The notes under the pieces were generated by a model. It did not search any database. It saw only the letters and a list, made by a program, of their open reading frames with translations, and had not been told where the DNA came from. Made by a program: the position numbers and the translations under genes. A stretch of DNA of 64,000 nucleotides from Dipteris shenzhenensis (taxonomy: Eukaryota): NCBI GenBank assembly GCA_047967505.1, contig CM106538.1; one strand, given 5' to 3'. Shown here piece by piece: positions 12,060 through 24,604 of this stretch (positions are counted from its first letter, which is position 1; each line of letters starts with the position of its first letter).

Positions 12060-12667
12060 CCATGTCACCCTTCCCCCACCTCTCCCTTTCCCGCATGCCT
12101 CCCCCTCTCCCATATTGCCTATCCTCTCCTTTCTCCCTTAAAGTGCAACTTGTCCTCACTATGTGCACCCTACCACCCACCCAACCTAGGTGTCTCAACC
12201 CCCCTAAGGGAACTTCTTGGACATCTCACTAGTACCATCCATGGAGGGTACTGTACCAATCCCAAAAAGGGGTTTTGGGTACCTCAAGTGGACATAACTC
12301 CCTCGTGCTCAAAAAAGAATGGCTTGCCTTCTCTTGAGGGGGTCCACACGCACAAAAAGTAAGTGCATAGACCATGGTAAGTCGTGTGTGATTGAGTGAG
12401 GTAAACAAAACTTAACCCCTCGAGAAGGACTATGGTAGCACTAGGCTTGCCCCCCCCTTATCTAGGATGACATGTACATCGAGGAATTGTATGGATTATG
12501 GTAAGCCATGTGTCTGTTTAAATGAGCAAAGAGCATGTATATTGTGCTAAGGGGGATTGTCAAGGTGTGCTCAACCACCCACAATCCTCATATATCTTTC
12601 TCAAGGAGGCAAAGTCTTGTAGAAGTACTAGTTACAAATTTTGATGTGAATTCAACAATTGAGGAAA

Positions 12668-13350
12668 TGTGATTTGCAAGCATGTGTGCAATGAATCCAC
12701 ACCTTCCAACCCCAAACTTTTGAATGAATCAAGCTAAGCCACCATATGCTTCATCATTTTAGTCCAACGGATGGTTCTTGACTAAAGGTTGTGGTTTGCA
12801 AGCATGTGTGCAATGTCCACACCTTCCAACCCTGAAGCATTTGATCAATAACAAAGCCACAATGTACTTCATCATGCATTCAATGCCATTTCAATCCAAA
12901 AGATGATTTTGACTCAAAAGTTCGTGAACCTCATGGATCTACCACTTTTGGAGACAAAAGTGCAAGGTTTGATGATTAAGCCTATGTGTAGAGAGCCTTT
13001 CAAAAGTACAAAGGCAATAATAGCATGACCTTCAAGCATTCTCAATGTCATTCATTATACTCCAAGTCTTGTATTCTTTGTTAGTAATTGCTTGAAGTGA
13101 GTTTCCTCTCAATCTATTCATATTATCTAAATGACTAGCTTAACCAAGAGTATCTTAACTCCAATTTGTTGAGATTGCTAAAGGATTTAAAATGAATATT
13201 TCATATCCCCCTGTAAAGGAGGACCTAAAATAGAAAAGAGGTGTGGTAGCCATGTTATGGTTCATCATGCACACACTGTCCTAATGGTTGATTTTTCAGC
13301 ACAAGTACAAATGCCTCATGGATCTAGCACTTTCAGAGACAAAAATATAA
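12668..13350. repeat. Diverged local direct repeats (probable TE relic)
   Basis: TTTGCAAGCATGTGTGCAATG..CCACACCTTCCAACCC at about 12673 and 12795; CCTCATGGATCTA.CACTTT..GAGACAAAA at about 12929 and 13314. Confidence 0.7.
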
Positions 13351-14099
13351 CTTTTTGTGGTTAAGCCGTTCAGTTGAGCTTGTGGACATACAAAGGTGAT
13401 ATCATGATCTGTCCATGATTGGACTATACTTCTTAGCAAGTTGTTAATTCACCAAGGTTGTTAAAGGACTAACAACGTCTCTCTTTAAAGAGGGACCTTG
13501 TGTTAGAGATGGAGTGCTACCATGCCCAAGGAGAATTGCCTCACCTATAACATGTGCATCATATTATACCATCCATCTCACATAACATCCATCTCACCTA
13601 AGTGTCCTTGCTATGATAGGTTCCTTTGTACTTATTAGGGAGAAAAGTGGAGTCAATGTCAAGACAACTCATGCCATTCTTGTTTCCCAAGCATAATTGA
13701 AGGTACAAAACTCTTAAAGGAATGTGATTCCCTTTCACTCCTTGCCAACTCACCACATGGTTTAGGTTTGTGGATTAGGTTTGATTAAGTTGCATGTTGC
13801 GATCATCCTATTAAACTATAACACAATACCACCAAAACATGTCACTCAAAAAGTTCAAATATGAATGATTTGTTTCATTAATTTAAAATATGTCATGCTG
13901 TGCAAGCTACCTTGATAGGGAACACTCAAAAAGTTCAAATCCCTATTATTGAGCAAGGATAATAGAAAGGAAGTTTCCAAGGGGATCTAAGATTGATGAG
14001 TAAAAAGAGCACAAATTTTATAGATAAAATAACTTGCTTTCAGAACACCTATTGTTTAAGGTTGTCATGGTGATAAAGTGCCCAAGTATTAAATACTTA

Positions 14100-14420
14100 A
14101 AGAGGTGGTTTTGATAATGAATTATGAGAACGATTCTTCCTGAATATTTTATTTTTGTGCAAGAAAATTTGATGTACAAGATATTCACAAGCAATCAATG
14201 TCAAATTGGTAAGCACATAATTGTATTTTAATTGTTTAAAACTGTGATCGTGACTTTTTTTCAAAGAGCCCAATTGCCAAGTCCTTGTTTAGAAAACTAA
14301 GAAAATTTTGCACTGATTGATGTAAAATTATGACATAGCATAAGAGGCTTTGGTGCTAGTTGTAGGTGGATGAAAGTAAAAATTACTCAATAAAATGGCT
14401 TGTCGTACTTATGATATTGT
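14100..14420 (+). mobile_element. Possible highly decayed hAT-like transposase fragment
   Basis: FRKLRKFCTD*CKIMT*HK resembles the hAT KLxGFxxDGAxVMTGxK motif; many stops. Confidence 0.25.
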
Positions 14421-17400
14421 TTGTTTGAATGACTACCTCAACAACGCAAAGGAGTTGCATGAATGCATTGAGTAACAAAAAATTAGGATGCACAACATGC
14501 TTTGAGTGCATTTGAGACAAGTATTTCAATATTTACGATAAGGTCCAAGAAGTTAACACATGTGCAGAACCCTCCTTTGTGTGTGTCATTTATCTTTATG
14601 CCTTCTTCTTTTTGTAGTTTGTGATCTAAAAGGAATACAAGAGCACATCACACAAAATCACTCTAGTTGAATAGTCTTACTAGAAGAGAATTACTTGCCA
14701 TGGAGATAAAAGGCAATGTAGGTAGAATAGGGAATTTGTGAAAAAGAAGAGCAAAAAAGAAGAGAGAATTTGAACTCTTCGATAAAGCCAATGAAAAAAT
14801 GCATGCTCTAAAAACCACATTATATGAAGCATCAAGTTTTCAATTATTTCTATTTAAAATATGTGAGAAGAAGCACACAAGTAAGGTGTAGATTTAGGCA
14901 ATGCAAATTTGCTCAAGTCTATTTACCAAGTTGAATATTCATCACTTAGCTTATTTACAAAAACATGCTTATATTAAATGGGCGAACACTACCATGAGAT
15001 AACTTTTATTAAGACCCTCAATAATAGAAGTAAGGTATCATACCTTTACAAACAACTCCTCATTGTCCTCTCATCTACCATGGTGGCTACTTGTTTTTGT
15101 CCTAGTGTTATGTATATTCGTATAGTTGTTGCTCTAACTAATGCTTCTTATGCTTTAGTTGTTGATGTATGGTCATTGAGTGTATGTATGTACAATGTAA
15201 CAAGTTAGGGATAAAGAGGTCCCTTATGGGATGTCTAGTAAGCAAAGCCCAAGAGGGGCTAAAGTGGCATCTTAAGTAGCATACCAACTCAGTGGTAGCC
15301 ACAACAACATTGAGACATAAGGCCTTGTATACGCTGAAGGCTCCATGAAAAGTTTCAGTTGGATGATGGCAAAATAAGGAGCTTTGGGGAATTCAACAAA
15401 ATTTATTGGATGATAATAATATAAGGGAGTTCAACAAAAAGTATTGGAGGATGATAACATAAAGGCTACTTGGAGAGTTCAACATAGTCATAGTTGCCAA
15501 AGTGCATAGAGTTACAAGAGTGCAATAGCAATCAAGTGGGAGCCATAGAAGTTGGGCACTTCAAACTAAGCACAGCGGTAGCATCTTAAGTAGTGCAAAG
15601 GAATTTCTTGGGCAATTCAAAGCATATTGGTAGCATCTTTGGTAAGGCAAAGGAGTTTGTAGCATCAAATTTTAAAGAGGACCCAGACGTATTTTAGGCA
15701 TAGCCTTCTTTAGGGGCTTTAGTAGTGCACAAGAGTTTGCAACATCACATTTAAGGAACATTTATACATACTTTTGGCATAATTTTGTGCACTCACAAGG
15801 TGATGTCGTTCATTATTCTACAAAAGCACTATACTTGCCTTGTTACCTATTTACAAATTTTGTATTCATCCATCTATTTTTTGAAAAACTATTAGCACAT
15901 ATGGGATGCATTGTCTTGTTTTGGGATGCTAATGCCCCCTAAGGTAGCTTCTTTTGATTGGGTGATTGTTTGTTGGACTAGTCTTGCCACAAGTTGGTGG
16001 AGGATGGGGGTATTGAGCTTTGCTCAAATGGCGGTAGGCGATACTAGAAAGGAGATTACTCTACCAATGAGTTAGGGAATGTTGCTTGGGCAAGACATAC
16101 TATTAAGGATTGATTATAGGTATGATAGGTTGCATGGGGTATACCCTCATAAGATCCTCAATTACACCTAGGGGGAACTAGAGAGTTTGTACACTCAATT
16201 GGAATGGGATTAGCACAATATAGGTCACATTCACTCACTATGCCTTGTCACATAGTTATGGGTTTTTCATAACCCATTTGCTTTGGCACTTGTGCTAGCA
16301 TGGGCGGTATGGACTTCAATATACTAATTTGGGCATTGTGGGACCTATTTGCATTGTTTTAATGATTTATGGATTAAATTGCTTAAGTTTTGCCATAGAA
16401 TGGAAAGAGGGTTGGGGTTTCCTGATTAATGGTAAGGAATCTTGGATGGAGTATGTTTTGCCGATGAGTAAGCAAATTTGTGAGAGTGTAAGTTGATGTG
16501 GTACCCACAAAAATCAAGCAATGCATGGATTTTTATGTTTTTATTTCATAGATAGTCACATAGCCAAAACTTGCAATCTCCTACCTAGTACTAACCTACC
16601 ATAGCCAAAAATTCTAATATCAATTTTGGCTACACTAGGAAGCCAAACACTCACATTGCCCTATTGTAATAGTTCATAGTTGCCTCTTGTATTGGGATTT
16701 TATCGAATGTGTTTCTTCTCATTTCTTATGTGCCATCAGCAATATGCATATGCCAGTTCATCAACACATTGTATCGCACTCACTTTGCACACGTATTGTT
16801 GGATTGTGCATACGCAATATTAAGTGCATGCATTATTGAGGACATATGCTAATGATCAATACTGGTTCAATGGATTGCTTCTTGTGGCTGATGATCTTAT
16901 GGATTGAAGAGTCCTCAACTCACTTGAATGGTGATGTCACCCATAGATGTATATGAGCATATATGTAATTTTACTCTATGTTGTGTGTGGTGATGCACTA
17001 GGATTGTGGCATGCATTCTTAGATTATGGCCAGTTCATCATATAAAGTTGTTGAGAGATGCCTCATTGATGATGTGTATGGGCTGTTGATACTTCTTGGC
17101 ACATGATGGATGTCTTTGATCACAGTCATGATGTAGTGCCTTTTGTATGCTTCATATGTTGGTGTTGATCGAGTGTGGCTAGCCCGCAGGGTTGATTCAT
17201 GTGTTGGTGTTGATCAATGGTTAGCCACAGTGTTAGTTTTTGCTTTGTTTGGTTAGTGGGTGGAGAAGTAACAATATGCCACATCTCAGCTATCCATTGG
17301 ACCCTCCACTCCATTGTCTCTCCACAATCTCTTCCTTACAACCGTTTTGCTCCACCACCTTATCTCCTCTCCTCCTTAAGTCAACTCCTATTCAATTACC

Positions 17401-17502
17401 AAGATCATCTTTATCGAACCAAGTACTAGAACCAAACCACATAGTGCTTCATCTAGAACTCACCCCCAAGAACCCAAGGACATAAGAAAGACACATGGCT
17501 TG

Positions 17503-18763
17503 AACCTAGGTCAGAAGACCTCTACATCCCATGTTATAGATGCCCCATCCATGAAGGATGCATCAACCTAGCTTGTTAGGTACAATTATGTCTCTATTAG
17601 GAATCATTGTCTTATACTAATCAGTCTCCCAAGCATTGAGCCCCCTATGCCAATACATAGCTATATTCCATGGCTATAATTATCATACACGCCCTATTCC
17701 CTTCGTTCAAATATATCACTCTAGTTAGGATTACTCATCCTAAGCTCCTGAGTCCTAAATCCACCCGTTAAGGTCTCATTGACTTGTGGGTGGGGTCGTG
17801 AGGCAAGGAAGGAGATGGGGGGGGGGGGGAGGGGGAGGGAACTACATGAGCAGAAAAGGGAAGCTGTGGAGTGGGAAAGGGAAGCTATGGGGTGGGAGAG
17901 AGGCTGTCAAATTGATCATCATGATTGATAACAAATGCACGAGGAGGGGGGAGAGGGAGCTAAGGGAGGGAGATAACATGGAGAACAAGGGAGGAGGGGA
18001 GAGAGTGGAGGGAAGATGCAACTATATAAGGGGATGAAGGGAGGAATTGAGGGAGGAAGAGAGAAGTGGAGAGGGAGATGAAGAGAGGAATCGAGGAAGG
18101 AATTGAGGCAAATGAATAGAGGAATTGAGGGAGGAAGAGAGAAGTGGTGAGGGGACAAGACTATATAAGGGATAGGAATCAAACGATGACTAGAGAGGAT
18201 GGAAAGGAGAGGAGGAGGAGAGGAGTTGTGGTAAGCAAGAGAGGAGTGCATAGGACAACAACTAAGGGAGGAAGAGAAGCTTAGATGAGTGAAGAGGGGA
18301 TGGGATTATAGAGGGACTATGTGAGGGGTACGAAGAGAAGAGATGAGTGGAGAGGGGCAAGACTATATGAGGGGATGAAGAGTGAAGGCGATCAGGGTGG
18401 AAGTGAGGAGTGGAGAGGAGATGTGACTATATGAAGGGGATGAAGTTTACATTACTAGCTAACCTCAGTTAGCCAATGAATCACATATTGGTCAAGGGAT
18501 ACCCTAATGGGTGGAGTTAAGGGGTTAAGATGAGCAATCATAATTAGATTGATATATTTGGATGGAGAACTAGGGCTATATGCTAACTATAACCATGGGC
18601 AGTGGCTATATATTACCATAGGGGGCTTAGTATTGAGGAGACTGATCAATACTAGCTAATGATTCCTATTAAAGGCATGGTTATACCTAACAAGCTCAGT
18701 GAATGCAACCCTCATGGATGGAACTTCCATGTATGAGATGTAGAGGCCTACTGATCTAGGGTT
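17503..18763. repeat. Diverged inverted repeat of about 280 bp (17503-17783 / 18491-18763) around a purine-rich tandem core
   Basis: The arms align in reverse complement (CCTCTACATC, GCTTGTTAGGTA, TAGGAATCATT, ATCAGTCTCC, GCCCCCTATG, CAAATATATCA). The core has repeated GACTATATRAGGGGATGAAG. Confidence 0.8.
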
Positions 18764-19179
18764 GGGGGGCCATATGTTGTCCCTATAGCCTCGGTACTCG
18801 AGAATGATTGCTCTTTGGTTGGGTGGTGAGTGAAACTAGGAGTGGAAGAAGACAAAAAGAGACTCCCGCATTTCATCCATTTGGATAGGCAGGTCGCATT
18901 ACCCTCGTTTGAACATCTAGACGAACTTGGAACCTCTGATATTATATCCTTAGAGTGCTAGTCCCAATCTATAGGTTCAATAATGAGTCACCTGAGTATG
19001 ATTTCAACCTTCACTCGCCTGGGAATTTCAACATGTTCAAGCCTTTCAATCATTTTGTTTATTATTTGGTAATTATTTTGCATCTAGGTGCTCCTACTTT
19101 TGAAGCAGTCGAACCTCTTGCAATCAATTTTCCACAACCATATCGATCCTTTGCAACAATTAGTCAATTATATGCTAGG

Positions 19180-19884
19180 TGTTAGTGGGAATGCTTTGCC
19201 AAAACAACTCGAACATAAAATCTGGGTAATGTGCACTTCTAGTAGGGAATTAACATACCTGCTCATGTTTACTAGATAATCTAATGTAAGTACTCTTTCT
19301 TTGTATTGCATTGCATTGCAATTTTATTTTCGTTCTATGTAGTCTTGATGGTGACTCACGTGTCATGGGGATCTTGAAGGAATGCCAATGGAGCCTCCAC
19401 TCCAAGCTACTCCTTGTGAGAGCAACAATGCAAAGCATGAGCTGTCCGCACATGTCACTCAAGCGGCTCCCGGATTGTTGCAATGTGTTGCCACGAGAGA
19501 AAAAGGGAAAGGGGAGATGGGAGAAGAGAGAGAAAAGGGGAGGAGGCAAGGAGAATGAATGGGGATGGAGTAGCAAACACAAAGGCACTATAAAGGAAAC
19601 AAGAGAAACTCAAAAACACTCTTGGAAGAGAAGAGGGAGCTTGCATTCCAAACTTGTGTATCTAACAATGAAGACCAAAGTCAACCACTTGGCCTTTTAT
19701 ACATGTCCCCTTTTAAAGGGAGAGCCAACCCTATTCTCTTTATACCACTCTCTCTTCTCATTCTTTTACAATCCTCTTGGGCCCATCTAGCTCCAAGACA
19801 CAATCTTGGCTCTACGGACTTGCCATTGTCCATCAAATCATATCACTAACTAGCGGTGGCATATTGTTAACCAATCGGTTAACA
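19180..19884 (-). mobile_element. Probable 3' LTR of a minus-strand Gypsy-like element
   Basis: Termini TGTTA...TAACA. On the minus strand a PPT AAGAAGGGGAGCA immediately precedes TGTTAACC at 19884. The left end is inferred from the terminal motif only. Confidence 0.6.
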
Positions 19885-19949
19885 TGCTCCCCTTCTTAAG
19901 ATCGATCCAGTCCTCTAGATCATGCAACGTTCATGGTTGTTAGAGTGTT

Positions 19950-22900
19950 TGTTGAGAGATCATGCTCAACATCATGTGATCAAATGTGCATAGCACTAAC
20001 ACGTATAGAGTGCTATAAAGGAAAGGGTTAGATGCCCTAAACCTAATCCTAAATGGGTTTGTATATATTCTACATTTTCAACTAAATTAGTGTACAGTTA
20101 GTCATTTGTAGTGTGCTCTCTAGTTGTGCCCTCTCTCCTCATCTCCACTCTTCTCCTCTCCCCTCTTCATATTTTGTCATGGTATCCAAGCTTGGTTCAG
20201 CCTTTCGCTGAGGCACCATCCTTGTGAGAGATATTGAGTGATCGAGAGATCGAGAGATCAAGTGTTCTCTTCCATTGAGAGAACTTCCGCTTTATTGAGA
20301 GAGAAAATTTCTCACTTGAGAGGGAAATTTTCAGTCCATCCATTTCATGAGAGATTCATGAGTGATTTCTATTGAGTGTTCATTCAGATTTGAGAGCATC
20401 CTTTGACAGATTTTTGCTGAGAGGAAGAAGAGATTTCTGTTCATTGACAACTTTTTGTCATTTGCTTTCTTGAAGATTCTCTAAGAGAGATTTCTATATT
20501 GTGACAAAAGAGAGAGAGTCTTTAGAAAAAGAGTCTCCAAAGAGACCTTTCTATTCATGATAAAACATCTCTTCTTTAGCTAGCATGCTGGATCAAAGCA
20601 ACTGAGTGTTCTACAAATGGTTTCTTGGCTAGACCATAGAGCCAAAGCAACTAAAGGTTCTTCTTCAAACTATATGTCTACAGCTACCTAATCCTCACGA
20701 CAGCCGACAACCCCTCTAAGCCAACATATGACTCAGCCTACAAGGCAAGAACTCACAACAAATATCTACAACAACCATATGTGAAGCTGCACCTCGAGCA
20801 ACCCTGCCTCCACGAAGCTACGTCAAACATCTCCTCCAGACTGTAGCACCACAAGTCCAACAAATGCCTCCATAGCGCAGCTCTGGCAACCACCACCAAA
20901 GGGTGACCAATGACCACGACTACTTCTGCAACGTCTCCTTGTATCAGACGACTGCTCCTCCATGCTCCTTGCTCACACAACAAGGTGGCTCTAGCCTCCC
21001 ACCAGCCAATAGCACCTATAAGCTCCTACACAGCCATGGTTGACTTTTGGCGACTCCAACTTGACCACAAGGTAGCTCATGGTCGACTTCTGGCGATGCC
21101 AGAGGACTCTGATGGTCAACCCTCTCCAAACGAACACAACTCCCAGCCTCTAAGCTCCTACAATGATAGCGTGCAATGACCTCGACGGAATCCTAAGATT
21201 TTGTTAGAATCTTAGTAGATTCTGATCTCCACATAGTCGACACATGGAGGATACCATATCCTCAAAGTCACACCCCTTGGGTTTGGCCACCAACATGCCA
21301 TGTGGCACCTTATCATGTCACATTAGCATCTGGCACCTTGCATGCCACATCATCACTTGGCCATGTCACCCAACCATGTGGTAGATAAGCCACATCATCC
21401 CCACATGCCATGTCATCAAGCCACCTCATTAGTCTAGCCAGCAGTCTAGTCAACTACCACATCATCAGCCACATGGCACACACAGTGCCAACCAGGCACA
21501 ATAACCTCTCCACAGGCATAGTTTTCCCATAGCATGTGCACACAGCTACCACATCACCATTGTGCTTCATAGGCACACCTCTTTACAAGAACAATTTACA
21601 TGTGATCTTGACTGCCACATCACTGAGCACATTTTTCACCCTTTTTGCCCCTCCACCTAGATCGTCATGTCTCTTGATCCAGGAGGAATTTGGTGCAACT
21701 ATCACTCACTTTTGAGCCTCGCCAAAACAAATCCACTTCCTACATGCACATCAGCCTCTACATCGACGCATCTGACCCAGCGCATAAAAAGAATCAAAGA
21801 AAAAAAATTATTTGTTGTTCTTTCATCGATCAATGGTTGGTATACATCTAGATCAAAGTAGACTAGATCTAGAGGAGATGCTTTGAATTTCTCCAAGTTG
21901 CCAATCTAAGCCATGCCTAAAATTCCCAACTAGTTCCTACTCGGAGTCAGCCCCTATGCTCACATACGGTTTCACATCATCACATTACCTGAAACCTGAT
22001 GTTCATCAATTCAGTGAGAGCAAACTTTAGAGTGTTTAGAGGCATTGTCAATTGATCAGTGGGTAGATAGCACATGATTTGATTTCACACACGTGCCATC
22101 ACTGTAAAGCCTATTTGGCTATTTTCAAGGCATTGTGCACATCATTTTAGCCTTGTAAAGCCTCTTTGCTATTCCCTGCATCATTTGCCACAAGCCTTGT
22201 GATTCAGATCGGATTATATATATTGCAGTTCTATCCTCACTGATAGTTCAGATTTCACTTGTTGCCACAATCAGTGTTTTGCAGTTGATTCAGACATATA
22301 TTTTCACGACACTTTGAGTACATTTCTTGCACCATGTCTACAACTAGCAACCTCAATCTGGAGGCATCTGTTAAGCTAGACAACTTCAATTACGACACAT
22401 GGAAATACCGAATGGAGAGCATTCTTGTACTTCAAGACAAATGGGAGCATATCGATGGATCTACACCTAGACCATTGGACGGTCTAGCCAGCAGTAGCTC
22501 TACTCCACCTGTTGTCACAACACCAACAATGGGATCTCTAGCTACACTAGTAGTTTTTGCACCTATAATTGATCCTTCCATTGCCCAAGCATAGGCAGAA
22601 TGGGATAAGAAAGATAAGTATGCATATCTTTTGATCAAGCAGAATGTGCAAGATGTCATGCTAGGACAACTCAACACCATCAAGACATCAAAAGAAGCAT
22701 GGGATATGTTCATAGCTCTCTACGAGTCCAAGAGCACTTCCAGGATTCTCACACTGAGAAACCAAATCAACCAGAGTTTTCACAAAACAGTAGAGCAACG
22801 AAACCGTTCATGACTATGTACTCAGGATCAAAGACTATAACAATCAACTCGTAGCAGTAAGAGAGACTATGAATCCCACAGAAATGGTTCAAGTCATCCT

Positions 22901-24599
22901 GAATGGGGACTAGGAGAGGGATACAGGAATCTAGTCTAGAGTATTGCCATTCAATGGCAAATTTTGACACTGGAAGAACTTCAGTCAGTCTTACTTGGTG
23001 AAGAACTTTGCACAGCAATATGGTCAAGATTATGATGAGACTTATGCTCTAATAGCAAAGATGGATTCCATATGGTTTTTGATATCACTAGCGACACTCA
23101 GCAGATGCAATGTGTATCAGCTCGATGTCAAGATTGCATTTCTTAATGGTTACCTAGATGAGGAAGTCTACATGCAACAACCAGTAGGTTATGTTGAACC
23201 AAGAAAGGAGAATCAGGTTTGCCATCTTAAGAAAAGTCTCTACGGCTTAAAGCAAGCACCTAGAAGTTGGTATAGTAGAATCGACAAATATTTTGCTGAT
23301 CTGGGATACATGAAATCCAATGCAACAAATTATACTCTCTACTACAAAGTTTAAGGGGAAGACATTACTATTGCACTTTGTACATAGATGATCTGATTGT
23401 GACCAAAAGCAAGGATAGCTTCATCAGAAAGCTAAAACAAGACTTATTTGCAAAGTTCGACATGAAAGATATTGGACTTATGCACTATTGTCTTGGAATT
23501 GAGTTCTAGAAAGATTCAAACAGCACCTTCATGAGTCAACTCAAATATGTTGACAGTCTCCTGAAGAAGTTTCATATGGCAGATTGCAAGATTACATCCA
23601 CTTTCAGTTTGAAACTTACTAAAGATTCAAAAAATCCTACAGTCAATGACAGGTACTACAAGCAGCTCATCAGATCTCTTATATATCTGACTATCACACG
23701 GCTAGATATTTGTTATCAAGTAAGCTCACTTGCATAGTTTATGGCAAATCCAAAACAGTCTCATTGGAATGCAGCCAAAAGATTCTTGAGATACATCAGA
23801 GGTACAAGACAGTTTGGGATAGAATATAGAGGAAGTCATCCAAGGTTGCATGGATACTATGACAGTGACTATGTCGGAGATCATGAGACAAGGAGATCCA
23901 CACAAGGATATGCATTTTTCCTTGGTCAAGGTGCTATATCATGGTTGCCGAACAAAGAAATAGCCAACACTCACTACAGGTGCATGTGAGGCTATATGGC
24001 TCAAAAGACTATTGTCAGAAACAAATTACTTTGATGAATCAAAGCCAACAACAATATACTGTGATAATCAATCGGCTCCAGCATTGGCCAAGAATCTAGT
24101 ATATCACTCCAGGACAAAGCACATTGATGTCATAGATCACTTCATCAGAGAAAGAGGGTTATTTGGTGACATTACACTAAAGCATTGTGATAGCAAAGAG
24201 AATGTTGCAGACATATTTACCAAACCACTCGGTAAGGAGCTTTTTGAGAAACATCTACAAGCTCTTGGTTTGACATAGAGGAAGGACATTCCCATCAAAG
24301 GGGTGTGATGGAATGTAATGCTCAGTCCTTCTTCGATTCCCCAGAATCTTCATGATGTTGATCTTGAGGGAAGGTGTTGAGAGATCATGCTCAACATCAT
24401 GTGATCACATGTGCATAGCACTAACGTTTATAGAGTGCTATAAAGGAAAGGGTTAGATGCCCTAACCCTAAATGGGTTTGTATATATTCTCCATTTTCAA
24501 CTAAATCTAGTGTACAGTTAGTCATTTGTGGTGTGCTCTCTAGCTATGCCCTCTCTCCTCATCTCCACTCTTCTCCTCTCCCCTCTTCATATTTTGTCA
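19950..24599 (+). mobile_element. Ty1/Copia LTR retrotransposon with both LTRs, internally deleted (no integrase) and nested in the Gypsy-like element
   Basis: LTRs 19950-20179 and 24375-24599 (TG..CA); TSD GTGTT at 19945-19949 and 24600-24604; PBS TGGTATCCAAGC (tRNA-iMet type) at 20180; PPT GAGGGAAGG. Confidence 0.97.
22334..24278 (+). pseudogene. Copia gag joined by deletion to RT/RNase H
   Basis: gag KLDNFNYDTWKYRMESIL; RT QLDVKIAFLNGYLDEEVYM, LKKSLYGLKQAPRSW; RNase H IYCDNQSA..HSRTKHID..ADIFTKPL; several stops. Confidence 0.95.
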
Positions 24600-24604
24600 G
24601 TGTT

